The translations under genes and the position numbers were made by a program. This document shows, piece by piece, positions 30,854-40,839 of a stretch of DNA of 64,000 nucleotides. The notes under the pieces are model-generated. The model ran no database searches. It was given only the letters and a program-made list of their open reading frames with translations, and was not told where the DNA came from. Source of the DNA: Clostridia bacterium (GTDB taxonomy: Bacteria > Bacillota > Clostridia > CAKSNL01 > HGM11501); NCBI GenBank assembly GCA_045545475.1, contig JAZQAZ010000023.1:32001-96000 (forward strand). The letters run 5' to 3'. How positions within the stretch are numbered: the first letter of the stretch is position 1; each line of letters opens with the position of its first letter.

Positions 30854-33800
30854 TTATTCATTTGATATAGTAATTGTCTGTGTTGCACCGTCCCATGCCA
30901 CCTTGTATCCCATATTTTCTGATACAAAACGCAGAGGAATAAAAGTTCTTCCTTCCTTTATTATAGGGGCAACCTGTGCATTATAGCGAGTATCGTTGAT
31001 ATACACTCTGTCATCCTCAATCTGGAAGAGCATAAGGTCTTCTCTTTCGGTTATAACCTCAATCTTCTGGTCGTATTCGATCCAGTTGATGGAAGCACCC
31101 ATCTGCTCTAAAAGTCCTCTTAAGGGAATCATGGTGTAATTGTTATAGATAAACGGAGCTACATCAGTTGTAACAATCTTCTTTTCTCCATCCTTGTTTA
31201 CTATAATGTCTTTAGAACCAATCTGAAGCACATAGCTTACATCGTCTTCCAGAGCCTCTCTCTTATAATCGCCCTCGGTCTGATAGAACTTGAATTCGCC
31301 GCAGGTTGCATAGTTTCCTCTACCCTTTAATACGATGACTCTTATATACTTTGCCTTTATAGGCTCATCAAACATAAAAGTCTTGGGGTCGGTACTATCA
31401 CTTTCCATAACGTAGCTATCATAGAATTCATAATTCTTTCCGTCAAGGGAATATTCTATTTCAATATCCTCAAAATGTCCCGTCAGGTTTCCGTCAAGCC
31501 TTGGCTGATAGCCGAAACCGCTCAACGTATAAGCATAACCTAGGTTGAAATCAATTGTTATGGGAAGTCTGTCGGAGTTATTTGTGATTTCGGAGTGATA
31601 GTAGCTTTCGCTGTTACCGTCTATCATAAGGGAAGAAGGCTGATTTTCAATCTTATCTGTCTTAACACTTATACCGGGGAACTGCACTGCAACATAGGAA
31701 TATTCGTCGGATTTTTCAATCAAATCCTTGGCCGTAATGGTCTTAAGAGAAGGATTTTCCTTTATAAGGCGTATCTCACCTGCACTTCCGTAAGCGTCAC
31801 GGGCGTGTACGAGTACAAGCTTAACTGCCTTTGCCTTGATATTGGTGTTGAAGTAAACAGTTTTCGCCTTTTCATTGTATGCCCAGGCTCCTTCTGCCAC
31901 TTTCTTGAAGCTTTCTCCATCGGGAGAAACGTGTATTTCATACTCTGTGCAAACGCCTGCACCCAGGCCCTTTCTGGGATAGTAGCGGTATCCTGAAACA
32001 GCCTGTTCCTCAGGAAGGATAATGGTGATATAATGAGGTTCAACCGCTTTCGGATTAATCATTGTATGCCAGTGGGACGTAAGGTCTCCGTCAATTGTTT
32101 TTTCAGGAACTTCGTTGGGTTTTCCGTTATTTGCATTTACACTTGATGCATCAAAGGTCCATCCGTCAACAGGAAGTTCATCTTCAGAAAGAACTGTGCT
32201 CTTGGGCTCATTTGCTTCCGGAGCTTTTGTCTCTTCTTTCTGAACTGCCGCAAGGCTCGCTCTCTTAACGCTTGCATTTGTAATGCCCTTTGAGGGAAGG
32301 CCTGCCTTCGGTGCAAGAAGTCTCATTTCTCCTGCAGTTGCATATCCTCCTGTTCCCTCTACATACTGAAGGCGTACATATTTAGCCTTGTAGTTGGCTG
32401 TAAATTCCGCAGTTTTTGCACTGTCATCATTTTTCCAGGAGCCTTCTGCTACCTTTTCAAAGTTTTCGTTGTCGTTGGATATATAAATTTCATATCTTAC
32501 ACATACGCCAACACTGCTCTTTCTGGGGTAATAACGGAATCCCGAAAACTCGGTTTCTTTGGGAAGAATTATCGTGAAATAGTGAGGAGGATTAGCCTTG
32601 GGCTCAATTGCTGAATGCCAGTGGGTAACCACGTCTCCGTCCACAACATTTTCGGGCTTTTCATAGGGCACACCCTTGGGAGAGTTTGCACTCGAAACCT
32701 GGAAAAGCCAATCGATGGGATCCATTTCATCGGATTGGATAGCTTTTCCCGAAACCTTTTCACTTGATATATAATCAATACTCATAGTCTTTTCTCCGTT
32801 AGCAGATGCAGCCGGCTTTGAAGTAGTTGCAGGAGCCTGTGTTGTTGTCGTTGATGCTCCGCCGATTGCACTTGCCTTTACGTTAGGTGTAATTTCAATT
32901 GGTGCAGAACCACTCTTGGGGGCAAGTATTCTTATCTCGCCTGCACTTCCGTAGCCGAAATCAGCCTTTACAAGCTGAAGTCTTACGTATTTTGCATTAT
33001 AGTTTCTGGAAAACTCAACTGTCTTTGCAGTATCGTCCTTTGCCCAGGAGCCTTCTGCAACCTTCTGAAAGTTCTCGTTGTCGTTGGAAAGATAAATTTC
33101 ATACTCGGTGCACCCGCCTGCCCCGCCACCTTTTCTTGGGTAATAACGGTAACCGCCTATTGCGGTTTTTTCAGGCATTTCAATGGTGATGAAATGAGGG
33201 CCTTCCACCTTGGGTTCAATGGATGAATGCCAGTGGGAAACTGTATCGCTGTCAAGTACGTTTTCACCCTTTTCTCTGGGTACTCCTCCGGGAGCATTCT
33301 GGCTTGATACGTGTACTTTATAACCGTCAATGGGCAGCTCATCATAAGAAACTGTTATGTTTTTGGGAGTTTCCGTCGCAGGAGCTTTTGTCGCTGTTCC
33401 GGAAGATGTGCTGCTTCCGATTGCACTTGCCTTTACGTTAGGTGTAATTTCAATTGGTGCAGAACCACTCTTGGGGGCAAGTATTCTTATCTCGCCTGCA
33501 CTTCCGTAGCCGAAATCAGCCTTTACAAGCTGAAGTCTTACATATTTTGCATTATAGTTTCTGGAAAACTCAACTGTCTTTGCAGTATCGTCCTTTGCCC
33601 AGGTACCTTCCGCTACCTTCTGAAAGTTTTCGTTGTCGTTGGAAAGATAAATTTCATACTCGGTGCAAACGCCTGCACCGCCACCTTTTCTTGGGTAATA
33701 ACGGTAACCGCCTATTGCGGTTTTTTCAGGCATTTCAATGGTAATGAAATGCGGGCCTTCTGCCTTGGGTTCAATGGATGAATGCCAGTGGGAAACTGTA

Positions 33801-33979
33801 TCGCTGTCAAGGACGTTTTCACCCTTTTCTCTGGGTACTCCTCCGGGAGCATTCTGGCTTGATACGTGTACCTTGTAGCCTTCGATGGACATTTCATCGG
33901 AGGCCATCTCGCCTTCCGCCATAGCTATTACGGAAAGAATCATTAAAAGTGCCAATATTAATGATAAAAACTTTTTCAT
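30854..33979 (-). CDS. Secreted protein with five F5/8 type C (CBM32-like) domains and C-terminal copper-amine-oxidase N-terminal (stalk) domain
   Basis: Signal peptide; five repeats of D(S/G)D..(S/T)HWH...YYPR...AKYVRL...GE; C-terminal TMIPLRGLLE and GRTFIPLRFVSE. Confidence 0.9.
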   Translation of the reverse strand: MKKFLSLILALLMILSVIAMAEGEMASDEMSIEGYKVHVSSQNAPGGVPREKGENVLDSDTVSHWHSSIEPKAEGPHFITIEMPEKTAIGGYRYYPRKGGGAGVCTEYEIYLSNDNENFQKVAEGTWAKDDTAKTVEFSRNYNAKYVRLQLVKADFGYGSAGEIRILAPKSGSAPIEITPNVKASAIGSSTSSGTATKAPATETPKNITVSYDELPIDGYKVHVSSQNAPGGVPREKGENVLDSDTVSHWHSSIEPKVEGPHFITIEMPEKTAIGGYRYYPRKGGGAGGCTEYEIYLSNDNENFQKVAEGSWAKDDTAKTVEFSRNYNAKYVRLQLVKADFGYGSAGEIRILAPKSGSAPIEITPNVKASAIGGASTTTTQAPATTSKPAASANGEKTMSIDYISSEKVSGKAIQSDEMDPIDWLFQVSSANSPKGVPYEKPENVVDGDVVTHWHSAIEPKANPPHYFTIILPKETEFSGFRYYPRKSSVGVCVRYEIYISNDNENFEKVAEGSWKNDDSAKTAEFTANYKAKYVRLQYVEGTGGYATAGEMRLLAPKAGLPSKGITNASVKRASLAAVQKEETKAPEANEPKSTVLSEDELPVDGWTFDASSVNANNGKPNEVPEKTIDGDLTSHWHTMINPKAVEPHYITIILPEEQAVSGYRYYPRKGLGAGVCTEYEIHVSPDGESFKKVAEGAWAYNEKAKTVYFNTNIKAKAVKLVLVHARDAYGSAGEIRLIKENPSLKTITAKDLIEKSDEYSYVAVQFPGISVKTDKIENQPSSLMIDGNSESYYHSEITNNSDRLPITIDFNLGYAYTLSGFGYQPRLDGNLTGHFEDIEIEYSLDGKNYEFYDSYVMESDSTDPKTFMFDEPIKAKYIRVIVLKGRGNYATCGEFKFYQTEGDYKREALEDDVSYVLQIGSKDIIVNKDGEKKIVTTDVAPFIYNNYTMIPLRGLLEQMGASINWIEYDQKIEVITEREDLMLFQIEDDRVYINDTRYNAQVAPIIKEGRTFIPLRFVSENMGYKVAWDGATQTITISNE
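32862..33880. repeat. Near-identical ~464-bp direct duplication (32862-33325 and 33417-33880)
   Basis: Offset 555 bp; encoded domains differ at only 3 residues (A/V, V/G, T/S). Confidence 0.95.
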
Positions 33980-33995
33980 TTAAAGGCCTCCTTTC

Positions 33996-36671
33996 TTAAA
34001 ACTCAGACGCTAAAGCGTCAACTGCTGTTTTATTGATATTTTTACCGAACGCTGCCATATTGCCGGATTCGTAAACTTCCAGACCGAAAATATCTGAGAA
34101 GATAGTTACGGGAACGTAAGGAATTCCGTCAATTACGGTTACGGGATTTGTAAGTGTTTTAAGAACGCCGTTTCTTCTTCCTTCCAGTGTTCCAACCGTT
34201 GTGTAGAATGTAATCTCACCACGAAGCTTAAACATTTGTCTGTCAGCCTCATAAACGGTTCTTAAATTAAGAGCATCATAAAGGAAGTAAGAAGGCATAT
34301 ACATAACGCCGTTTATTCTCTTTGCTCCGTAGCGCATATCGGGATCATAAGTATACATCTTTGCACCGGATACGAATACTCTGTTGGAGCCGTCTGCTAC
34401 CACAATAACATCTGTAAGTGCTTCTCTTTCTTCCTTGGAAAGAGATTTCTGTGCCTTTTCTGTATAGATGTAGTTAAAGCGTGCATTGGGTGCCGCATTT
34501 CCGTCAACATAGAAATTCATGATGTCGCCCTTTGCGTTGTCAACCCACTTGAATTCAATGTCAACTGTTGCACCTACTGAAAGGAGTGCTTTTGCAACCT
34601 TTAAGGAAAGTGTCTTTCCTGAAAGGGCATATTCTGCTTTTCCGATTACAGAAAGACTTCCGTCGGCATTAAGACGCGATACATCGCCTGCGGCGGGAGT
34701 ATTTATAACAAAGTCATAGCCTTCCCAGCCTGTTGCATGGTTTCTGTCTGTATCAATGTAAAGCTTCATCCAGGCATCGCCCTCGGGCTTTGTGATGTCT
34801 GCGGCAGCTTCTGCGTAGAAGTAAAGGTTTTCAGCGTCTCTTGAAACCTTTGCCTTTATTACGTTGTTTCGTGCGGTGTAGTTTTCATAAATAACTCCGC
34901 CCACACCAACATCGTTACGGTTATATGTACCCTTGTTGTTGATAAATTCAGGAGTAACGCCTTCCCATGCAGAAACGTTGTTTATGTCGATTGTCTTTTC
35001 TGCACCTGCAACGGGTGCGGCTTCCGTACCCTTGAATTTTCTTACAGCGTCAATTAAAAGTGCATAATAAGAGTCCTTCATATCGCCCTTGGTGGGTTCC
35101 ATATCACGGCTTCCGTCATCGTCATACTGGTCGGGGAATGCGTTGGAAACTCCGTTCCATGTAACATAACGTCCTGCACGCCATTCGTTCCAGCCTGTGA
35201 TGAAGATGTATTCGGGATCGATTTCAAGTGCACGGTTAAACTGCTCTGTAAAGAAATATCCGTACTTATGTGCACCGGGTGTTCTGTCGTGGCCTAGTAA
35301 GTCTGTATAGCTACGGCCCATAACAAAGGTATCGTTCATGGCGGTTATGCTATGCTTCACATAAGAATGGTTTGCAGATGTACCAACAGTTACCTGTTCA
35401 TATGTTCCGTCAGGATTTTTTGTATAGGGTTCCTGGGGATAAATTTCAAGCCAACCCCACTGATTTTCCATTGTCTGATGGCTTGTGTATGAAGGCTGAG
35501 GTCTTCTGAATGTAAAGAAGCTCTTAAGTTCGTTCATTAAAGCTTCGTCAACGCTGTCTCCCTCATTTGGAATAAGTGAGTCGGGATGTGCCATAATAAC
35601 GGGCTTTCCTTCCCAATAGAACCAGAGGTCTGACCAGTTATCATTTCTGTAAGTATTCATATATACTCTTGTAATGTTGGTTTTAGCGTGGTCGGCCGTG
35701 GGTGAGAAAGGTGTCATATATCCGATTTTCGGAGCGTTGATACCTGCTTCTCTTGCATCACGGAGTGCCTGGAACAATACGTCTGTTGAAGCCTTCCATG
35801 TAGAAGCACCGTTTGTAGCATCAAAGAAGAGTACGTCAACACCTGCGTTTGCAAGCATTTCGGCATGCTTTCTTGCTACCCAGTAATCTGTGCTTAAATA
35901 ATAGCCGAAGAGCGGCTCATTCCAGAAGTGGCTTGTGGGAACTGTGGGCCACACTTCACTGTAATAGTCATACTTTGCTTCGGGATGAAGCTTTGCAAAT
36001 TCAGTATTGTTTAAGGGCTGATTACTTTTATAGCCGGGATGATGCCATGTCCAGTAGAAAATCCCCACAAACTTATCCTCTCTTACAGGACCAACCTCTT
36101 CATAATCTGCCACCTTACGACCTAAATCATCGGTAAATGCCCAGGTAGTATTATGGTGATTTATGATATTTTCTTCGGGAACAGGTACATACTTTTCAGT
36201 TTTATACTCATCAGCCGAAAGAGTAAAACTGTCGATTCTCAGCTGATAGTGGCCGCCTTTAGCAGCAATTGTACTCATAAAGTAAAGGTCATGTACACCG
36301 CTTGTTTCCTTTATTGCACCGCGGTATTCCTTTGTAACACCGCCCGAATCCTTGTCTATATTTACATAGCCGAGTAACTCGCCCTTTGGGCTGTCAAGTC
36401 TCACCTGAAGCCACTCACCATCGTTAGTTCCCGATAAGTCGTTATATGCTCTTATCACGATGGACTTCGCTCCGGTTAAGTCAATACTCTTAAAGCCTAT
36501 GTAGCTGTAAGGTGCGTGGAAATAATATCCGCCGTCCCTCAGTTTTGCACTCGGGCCGATGTCGGTTGCCGTTTTGGTTGCGACTTCCGTAAATGCAGCA
36601 TGAGTGGGCATTGCACCAAAAAGAGTAATTACCATCATAAGTGCAAATGCCAGTGAAAAGATTTTTCTCAT
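33996..36671 (-). CDS. Secreted glycoside hydrolase (GH99/GH71-like barrel) with N-terminal CBM6-like and C-terminal stalk domains
   Basis: Signal peptide from MRKIFSL; VRLDSPKGELLG...GVHDLYF (CBM6-like); VGIFYWTWH, PLFGYYLS, HAEMLANAGVD, FITGWNEW; IDGIPYVPV. Confidence 0.75.
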   Translation of the reverse strand: MRKIFSLAFALMMVITLFGAMPTHAAFTEVATKTATDIGPSAKLRDGGYYFHAPYSYIGFKSIDLTGAKSIVIRAYNDLSGTNDGEWLQVRLDSPKGELLGYVNIDKDSGGVTKEYRGAIKETSGVHDLYFMSTIAAKGGHYQLRIDSFTLSADEYKTEKYVPVPEENIINHHNTTWAFTDDLGRKVADYEEVGPVREDKFVGIFYWTWHHPGYKSNQPLNNTEFAKLHPEAKYDYYSEVWPTVPTSHFWNEPLFGYYLSTDYWVARKHAEMLANAGVDVLFFDATNGASTWKASTDVLFQALRDAREAGINAPKIGYMTPFSPTADHAKTNITRVYMNTYRNDNWSDLWFYWEGKPVIMAHPDSLIPNEGDSVDEALMNELKSFFTFRRPQPSYTSHQTMENQWGWLEIYPQEPYTKNPDGTYEQVTVGTSANHSYVKHSITAMNDTFVMGRSYTDLLGHDRTPGAHKYGYFFTEQFNRALEIDPEYIFITGWNEWRAGRYVTWNGVSNAFPDQYDDDGSRDMEPTKGDMKDSYYALLIDAVRKFKGTEAAPVAGAEKTIDINNVSAWEGVTPEFINNKGTYNRNDVGVGGVIYENYTARNNVIKAKVSRDAENLYFYAEAAADITKPEGDAWMKLYIDTDRNHATGWEGYDFVINTPAAGDVSRLNADGSLSVIGKAEYALSGKTLSLKVAKALLSVGATVDIEFKWVDNAKGDIMNFYVDGNAAPNARFNYIYTEKAQKSLSKEEREALTDVIVVADGSNRVFVSGAKMYTYDPDMRYGAKRINGVMYMPSYFLYDALNLRTVYEADRQMFKLRGEITFYTTVGTLEGRRNGVLKTLTNPVTVIDGIPYVPVTIFSDIFGLEVYESGNMAAFGKNINKTAVDALASEF

Positions 36672-36814
36672 TTTTATTCCTTCCTTTCTTATAATGAAGA
36701 GTAAGAGCAGCAAGTAAACTCTTATAATTAAATTCTATAACACAAAAAAGCAAAAATCAATCCCCTTTTTGTAGTTTTTTTATATGAATTTGTAAACTCA
36801 ATAATATCACAGAG

Positions 36815-37654
36815 CTATAAAAGCATTTTCTTTTTATATGCTCCGGGGGTTTCTCCCGTTCTTTCACGGAACACCGAAGAGAAGTGTGCAGGTGAGTCAA
36901 AGCCTGTTTCCTCTGCTATTTCAGCGATACTTTTTCCGCCTGAAAGGAGAAGCTTTTTCGCCGCACTTATCCTGTACCTTATTATATATTCGTGCAAAGA
37001 ATATCCCGTATGTGCCTTCATCAATCGGTTTATGTGATATTCGTGATAGCTCACCAGCTCGGAAAGCTCGGCGTTTTTTATTTTCCGCTGATAATTTTCT
37101 TCTATGTATTTTATAATTCTTTCTGTTGCTGCCAGGGATTTTTTACTGCCTGTAGCTTGAGTTTTTGCCATATCGGTTAAAATAATTTTAAGTTGTGCCG
37201 ATATTTTTTCTTTGTAATAAAGGGTTTTTGCACTGTTTTCCCTGACAAGTTCCTTTGCCTCCTCTATTATAAAATCCACACCTTCTAATACGAAAGGTTC
37301 ATTAAAAAGCGTAACATCGGTAAAAGATTCAAAAATTTCTTTTTCTTTTTCATATCTTTCCTCTTTAACCGTAGGAATACTTTTATTTTTATATGCTCCT
37401 CTTTTGTCAAAATCAAAGTCTATTACAATAACCTCAAAGCTTTCGGGAGCAAGAAAAATATAGGGCGTGCCGGGAGGCCAGTAGACCAAATCACCCTTTT
37501 TAAGATTAGACTCACTCTTTCCCACCTTCATTTTAAGCTCATCGGATAAAAGCATAACAATTCTCGAATCGTAGGAAAGTACCGCCTTATCCGTGGGGTG
37601 ATAAAAAAAGCGTCCTGCAAATCTGACAAAAGGGTTTATATCTGAAATTATCAC
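36815..37654 (-). CDS. AraC family transcriptional regulator
   Basis: N-terminal cupin; C-terminal SIAEIAEETGFDSPAHFSSVFRERTGETPGAYK. Confidence 0.95.
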   Translation of the reverse strand: MIISDINPFVRFAGRFFYHPTDKAVLSYDSRIVMLLSDELKMKVGKSESNLKKGDLVYWPPGTPYIFLAPESFEVIVIDFDFDKRGAYKNKSIPTVKEERYEKEKEIFESFTDVTLFNEPFVLEGVDFIIEEAKELVRENSAKTLYYKEKISAQLKIILTDMAKTQATGSKKSLAATERIIKYIEENYQRKIKNAELSELVSYHEYHINRLMKAHTGYSLHEYIIRYRISAAKKLLLSGGKSIAEIAEETGFDSPAHFSSVFRERTGETPGAYKKKMLL

Positions 37655-37666
37655 AAAATCACCTCC

Positions 37667-37734
37667 AAATGTTTGTTTTTTGATAAAAAATATTGTTTTT
37701 TTGTATTTATTATATAGTAGTTTTGTGGTAAAAT
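37667..37734 (+). promoter_or_regulatory. Putative AraC-activated promoter of the U32/QueG-like operon
   Basis: Direct repeats aaatgtttgttttttg / aaatattgtttttttg spaced 21 bp (37667, 37688); extended -10 TGgTAAAAT; no good -35. Confidence 0.5.
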
Positions 37735-37774
37735 CAAGATAGGTTTTTATTGTTTTTATGAAAGGAGGACTCCT

Positions 37775-38821
37775 ATGTGCTTTATCGTAGGCTATAAAAT
37801 CACGGAGGATCCGAGATTTATCTCATACATATGTGACCATAAAGACAAAATAAGCGAGGTTTATTTTTCCTGGCGAAGCATGAAAAACGGAAGAAACGAC
37901 CAATTAAAGTCCGAGGACTTAAATCCCCTCTGGGCAGAGAAAATGCAGGAAGAGGATTTAAAAAAGCTTTATGAGGAAGGAATAGGCTTAAACCTTCTCT
38001 TAAACGGTAACTGCTATGGGGCAGAGTCACAGAGCAGAAGCTTTTTTACCGAGCTTGGCAACACCATTGACTATCTTGTGGGATGCTACAGCATAACATC
38101 CGTTACATCAAGCTCCCTTCTGATTGCAAAATTCGTTAAGGAAAACTTCCCTGATTTATCTGTAAGAGCTTCCGTCAACATCGGTGTCGGAACACCCGAG
38201 GCGGCTGACTACTTAAAGGAGTATTTTGACGGCTTTTATTTAAAAAGAGAGTTTAACAGAAACTTTGACGCCATAAAGAAAATGCGCTCTTACTGCGATG
38301 ATGCGGGCAAAAAACTTTATATGCTTGCAAATTCGGGCTGCTTTTCGGATTGCCCGGCGAGAACCTATCACGATAACCTGGTGTCCCACGAAAAGGAAAT
38401 TTCCGCCATGGACAATGCCTATAACTTTGAGGGGCTGTGTCACGAATATTTGAAGGACGAAAAGAATTTCTTAACCCTTATCAAGGATTCAAACTATGTC
38501 CGCCCCGAGGATATTCATCTTTATGACGGCCTTTTTGACGGAATTAAGCTTGCCACAAGGCAAAACCCCTTCCCCGTAAGGATTATGCATGCGTATCTCA
38601 CAGGCAGATACTACGGCTCTGTAACTCACCTTACCGAGCCCGATCACACAGCATCCCTTAAGGGAAAGATTCTGGACAACTCCGCATTCCCCGACGATTT
38701 CGGAAAAACGGTTGCAAGTTGCAACAAAAACTGCAGCGAATGCGGCTATTGCGAAAACGTACTTAATAAGGTTCTGACAGAAAGAAACCCTGATATATTA
38801 ACGGTTGAATCTCAAGATTAA
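37775..38821 (+). CDS. Atypical U32-family Fe-S protein
   Basis: NLLLNGNC, RASVN, REFNRN, LANSGCFSDCP...H...C, IKLATR, C-terminal CNKNCSECGYC. Confidence 0.7.
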   Translation: MCFIVGYKITEDPRFISYICDHKDKISEVYFSWRSMKNGRNDQLKSEDLNPLWAEKMQEEDLKKLYEEGIGLNLLLNGNCYGAESQSRSFFTELGNTIDYLVGCYSITSVTSSSLLIAKFVKENFPDLSVRASVNIGVGTPEAADYLKEYFDGFYLKREFNRNFDAIKKMRSYCDDAGKKLYMLANSGCFSDCPARTYHDNLVSHEKEISAMDNAYNFEGLCHEYLKDEKNFLTLIKDSNYVRPEDIHLYDGLFDGIKLATRQNPFPVRIMHAYLTGRYYGSVTHLTEPDHTASLKGKILDNSAFPDDFGKTVASCNKNCSECGYCENVLNKVLTERNPDILTVESQD

Positions 38822-38843
38822 AATTTAAGGAAAGGAAAAAAGT

Positions 38844-39920
38844 ATGCTTACATCAAAAATGATCAAAGAAGCTGCGTATGCGGCAGGTGCCGACAAGTGC
38901 GGCATCGCACCCATATCAAGACTTAAGGGTGCACCCAAGGAAATGAACGTTTCCTATCTTTTCCCCGAAGCAAAGAGCGTAATTGGCTTTGCCTTCAGAA
39001 TTCCGAGAGGTGTTCAGCGAGGCATTGAAGAAGGTACACAGTTCTATCAGTACCCCTCCATCGCTTACGGCGGAATCAACGAAATCTTTGCTCCCAACGT
39101 ACTCTACCAGGTAGGAAGAGTAATTGAGGACGCAGGATACGAAGCTTTTGTTTACCGTAACACCGGTGCAAGAGGATGCGTTTCCGACATGGACGGAAGC
39201 GAAGGTAACTCCCTTTCTCCCGAAGAACAGATTGAGTACATCGAACGTGGTAAGAAAGCAACAGCACACCACAGAAGTGTTCAGTTTACAAGAGCTGCAA
39301 GAGAAGGATCAGTTCCCCCCGACCTTCAGTTCCAGTTCCGCTTAGTTGCTGTTGCCTGCGGACTTGGTGAAATCGGCTGGAGCAAAATGCTATTAACTCC
39401 AGAATTCGGTCCTCTTCAGAGAGTTGCATTTATCTTTACCGATGCTGAGCTTGAGTATGACGAAATGTATTCAGGCGAACCTCTTTGCAGACGCTGCGGT
39501 GCCTGCGTAAGAGAGTGTCCCGGCTCCTGTATTCCTGCAATCAACTCCGGCAAGACCGTAAGAGTTGATTTGGACGGTAAAATCTGCGAGTGGGGCGACA
39601 TTGATATGTGGCGTTGTTATGCTTTCTATACCCACGGCGGAAGATATTACAACCCCTTCGTTCCCAAGGAAGTTTTCGATAAAAACGAAAACGGCGACCT
39701 TAACTTACTTGAAGGTAAGACAGAGGCTTCTGAAACCGAAATCATGAAGGTTTACGGTGCTCTTGAAAAGTATTTCCCCAGCTGGGTTGGCTATAACATG
39801 GCTAAGTGCGGCGGATGTATAAGAGGATGCGTGTCTGTTCTTGAGAAAAAGGGCGGATGCATGGAAGACCGCTTTAAGGCTCCTCTCCGTACCAAAAAAG
39901 CCTGGAAAATGGATAGATAA
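38844..39920 (+). CDS. QueG/RdhA-like cobalamin- and 2x[4Fe-4S]-binding protein (paralogue 1)
   Basis: GADKCGIA, PEAKSVI, CGLGEIGWSKMLLTPEFGPLQR...TDAEL, CRRCGACVRECP, WRC, CGGCIRGC. Confidence 0.8.
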   Translation: MLTSKMIKEAAYAAGADKCGIAPISRLKGAPKEMNVSYLFPEAKSVIGFAFRIPRGVQRGIEEGTQFYQYPSIAYGGINEIFAPNVLYQVGRVIEDAGYEAFVYRNTGARGCVSDMDGSEGNSLSPEEQIEYIERGKKATAHHRSVQFTRAAREGSVPPDLQFQFRLVAVACGLGEIGWSKMLLTPEFGPLQRVAFIFTDAELEYDEMYSGEPLCRRCGACVRECPGSCIPAINSGKTVRVDLDGKICEWGDIDMWRCYAFYTHGGRYYNPFVPKEVFDKNENGDLNLLEGKTEASETEIMKVYGALEKYFPSWVGYNMAKCGGCIRGCVSVLEKKGGCMEDRFKAPLRTKKAWKMDR

Positions 39921-39933
39921 GGAGGGTTATATA

Positions 39934-40839
39934 ATGCTTACAGCTAAAATGATAAAAGAAGCTGCCGCAAAATACGGCGCTTGTCTTTGCGGTATCGGAA
40001 GCCTTGACATTTTCGAAGGCGAAAATATCCAGAGAGACCCCAAAATGATACTCCCCGCTGCAAAGTGCATCATCGGCTTCGGCTTCCCCGTTCCGAAGGC
40101 ACTTTACAACACAATGGACCGTGGCGTTCAGACAATGCAATACACCACAATGGGTGTTAAATACATAGACGAGGAATTTACCGAAATTTTCCTTTTCAGA
40201 CTCGGTGCTATGATCGAGGATGCAGGATATGATGCCTGCCTTCAGCGAAGCGTTCCCGGTATGACAATTAAGGGCGACAAGAGAACAAACCCCGAGGTAC
40301 TTGATACCTATGAGCTTGCTTTGGCTGAGCCCGTTGAAGAAGGAAAGCCCGCTCCTGACGTTATGATTGACTTTGCAAAGGCAGCACGTGCCTGCGGAAT
40401 CGGTTACATAGGAAAGAGCGGTCACATCCTTGCTCCCAAGTACGGTCCTTACATCCGTTATGCATTCATCGTAACAGATGCTCCTTTGGAAACAGACGAG
40501 CCTTTATCCGAATCCATCTGCGATAACTGCGGACTTTGCGAGAATGCCTGCCCCGGTAAGGCAATTTCCGACGAGGGAATTGACACCTGGCAGTGTGCAG
40601 TTTACTATAAGGGTGCACACAAATCCAACCCCCTTATGAATGACGAATTCTTAAAAGGCAATCCCGACCGTGAAGCAATATTAAATGGTGAATACCATTT
40701 CGATGCCGAAAGTGCAAGAAAGATTTATCCCGAGCTTAAGAAGTTCCTTCCCGAGTTCAAGGGCTATGCACCTTGCCTTTGCGGTAAAAAGTGCGACAAG
40801 GCATGCTTTGATCACTTAAAGGAGGTGGGCAGAATATGA
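39934..40839 (+). CDS. QueG/RdhA-like protein (paralogue 2)
   Basis: ATG after AAGGAGG; CGIGYIGKSGHILAPKYGPYIR...TDAPL, CDNCGLCENACP, WQC, CGKKCDKAC. Confidence 0.8.
   Translation: MLTAKMIKEAAAKYGACLCGIGSLDIFEGENIQRDPKMILPAAKCIIGFGFPVPKALYNTMDRGVQTMQYTTMGVKYIDEEFTEIFLFRLGAMIEDAGYDACLQRSVPGMTIKGDKRTNPEVLDTYELALAEPVEEGKPAPDVMIDFAKAARACGIGYIGKSGHILAPKYGPYIRYAFIVTDAPLETDEPLSESICDNCGLCENACPGKAISDEGIDTWQCAVYYKGAHKSNPLMNDEFLKGNPDREAILNGEYHFDAESARKIYPELKKFLPEFKGYAPCLCGKKCDKACFDHLKEVGRI

Noticed and set aside
32899-33744. Pair of near-identical 96-aa plus-strand ORFs
   Set aside because: Antisense shadows of the duplicated CBM32 domain
37655-37774. Cobalamin riboswitch upstream of the QueG-like operon
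   Set aside because: The intergenic region is only 120 bp, very AT-rich, and has no B12-box
39841-39933. Extended N-terminus of paralogue 2 overlapping paralogue 1
   Set aside because: ATG at 39934 has a strong RBS and aligns with the MLT.KMIKE start of paralogue 1
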